From Nitrospirota bacterium (GTDB taxonomy: Bacteria; Nitrospirota; UBA9217), in assembly GCA_963754875.1 (NCBI GenBank), contig CAVWHO010000013.1, positions 1 through 64,000 of the forward strand: a stretch of 64,000 nucleotides of DNA, in the 5' to 3' direction. The notes under the pieces were generated by a model that saw only the letters and a list, made by a program, of their open reading frames with translations, was not told the origin of the DNA and ran no database searches. Made by a program: the position numbers and the translations under genes. Positions 62,976 through 64,000 of this stretch are shown here, piece after piece (within the stretch, counting starts at the first letter, position 1; every line of letters begins with the position of its first letter).

Positions 62976-63114
62976 GGTCCTACCCCCAAACCTCTCTGGT
63001 ACAATTATAACATTGCATGCTCACGGCGTCACGCCCGTCGTTCCGGGCTGGTATAATGAATACCAGAACCAAGATCGGCTACAAGCGTGACAGACTTTAT
63101 CCCGGGAGAAGACC

Positions 63115-63567
63115 ATGACAAAACGTGTGATTCTTTTCTTTGCGGCAGTTTTCGTTGTTCTTGCCCCTGCTGCATATCCTGCAGACGCGAGTAAGCAGGA
63201 ACTCAACAAGAAGATCGTGAAAGAGTTCTATGACCTTGCGATCAACAAAAAAGATTTTGAGGCAGCTTCAAAGTATCTCGGCCCGCGGTATATCCAGCAT
63301 AACCAGAGGGCAGCCGACGGCGCCGAAGGGCTGAAAAACTTTATCCGGTTCCTGCGCACAAAATTTCCCGGCGCGCACAGCGAAATCAAGCGAATTTTCG
63401 CTGACGGAGACTACGTGATCCTGCACGTACACGCGGTCAGGGAACCAGGCACCCGCGGAGCCGCCATTGTCGATATTTTCAGGCTTCAGGACGGCAAGAT
63501 CGTCGAGCATTGGGACGTTCACGAAGACATCCTGGAGAAAGCGGCCAACCCGAACGGCATGTTTTAA
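63115..63567 (+). CDS. Exported SnoaL-like/NTF2 family protein
   Basis: NKKIVKEFY, YIQHN, ADGDYVILH, DIFRLQDGKIVEHWD. Confidence 0.9.
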   Translation: MTKRVILFFAAVFVVLAPAAYPADASKQELNKKIVKEFYDLAINKKDFEAASKYLGPRYIQHNQRAADGAEGLKNFIRFLRTKFPGAHSEIKRIFADGDYVILHVHAVREPGTRGAAIVDIFRLQDGKIVEHWDVHEDILEKAANPNGMF

Positions 63568-63656
63568 CGGCTTCCATCATTCTTTCTTACGTTAAGAAAG
63601 AGGAACGGTCCACCTGCGCATGTTTGTCTAAGACCATTTACCTCAAGGAGCAGCTT

Positions 63657-64000
63657 ATGAACCCCAGGGTCTGGCTTTACACGGCGTCCATCCTGACATT
63701 GGTTCACGCACTGCTGCACACCGTGGGCGGGGTGTTCGGCGGTCCTCGTAATGCCGCACAGGCTGCGGCGCGTACAGCCGTGCAGGCCCTTCACTTTGAT
63801 GCGTTCGGATCGAAGAGGTCCTATTGGGACTTCTATTTCGGGTTCGGCCTTGTAACGAGCGTGGCCCTGTTTTTGTCGGCCGCGCTGCTGTGGCAGCTTG
63901 CCGCTCTCGTCAAGACGGACCCGGCGAAGGCGCGCCCTTTCCTTGCCATGCTGTTCATTACGTTCATCGCCTTGGCCGTCATCTCGTGGATATACTTCTT
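63657..64000 (+). CDS. Membrane protein, partial (runs off the window)
   Basis: RBS AAGGAG; MNPRVWLYTASILTLVHALLHTVGG...RSYWDFYFGFG..., open to the end of the window. Confidence 0.75.
   Translation, partial: MNPRVWLYTASILTLVHALLHTVGGVFGGPRNAAQAAARTAVQALHFDAFGSKRSYWDFYFGFGLVTSVALFLSAALLWQLAALVKTDPAKARPFLAMLFITFIALAVISWIYF

Overview
Chromosomal window from a moderately GC-rich bacterium. The gene content and protein style suggest a Nitrospirota or Desulfobacterota-like, facultatively microaerobic organism (inference, no database search run). Housekeeping and metabolic content: caa3-type (A2) cytochrome c oxidase operon, P-type H+-ATPase, fadD-fadI-fadJ, DEAD-box helicase, ftsB, GH57, glyQS, ppdK, ribD, selenocysteine-containing selD and yedF. 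Most interesting signals: (1) two unannotated 19-20 aa Lys-rich micropeptide genes directly behind a wHTH-nucleotidyltransferase/HEPN pair in which both enzymes appear catalytically dead; (2) a sigma54 promoter and a Geobacter-type 3',3'-cGAMP (GEMM-Ib) riboswitch upstream of a PgcA-like lipoprotein cytochrome with four thrombospondin-like Cys repeats, plus a second, divergent GEMM element next to an HD-GYP gene and a separate sigma54-linked multiheme cytochrome pair; (3) an apparently leaderless, SOS-box-controlled lexA...dinB locus with a co-oriented AT-rich insert (TcmP methylase-like gene disrupted by IS21, atypical radical SAM, FRG, an attC-ended ORF); (4) a decayed fluoride-response locus (crcB remnant, double DUF190, broken fluoride riboswitch, USP, H+-ATPase); (5) a short 6S-like ncRNA candidate. 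Several frameshifted genes may be real decay or assembly errors.
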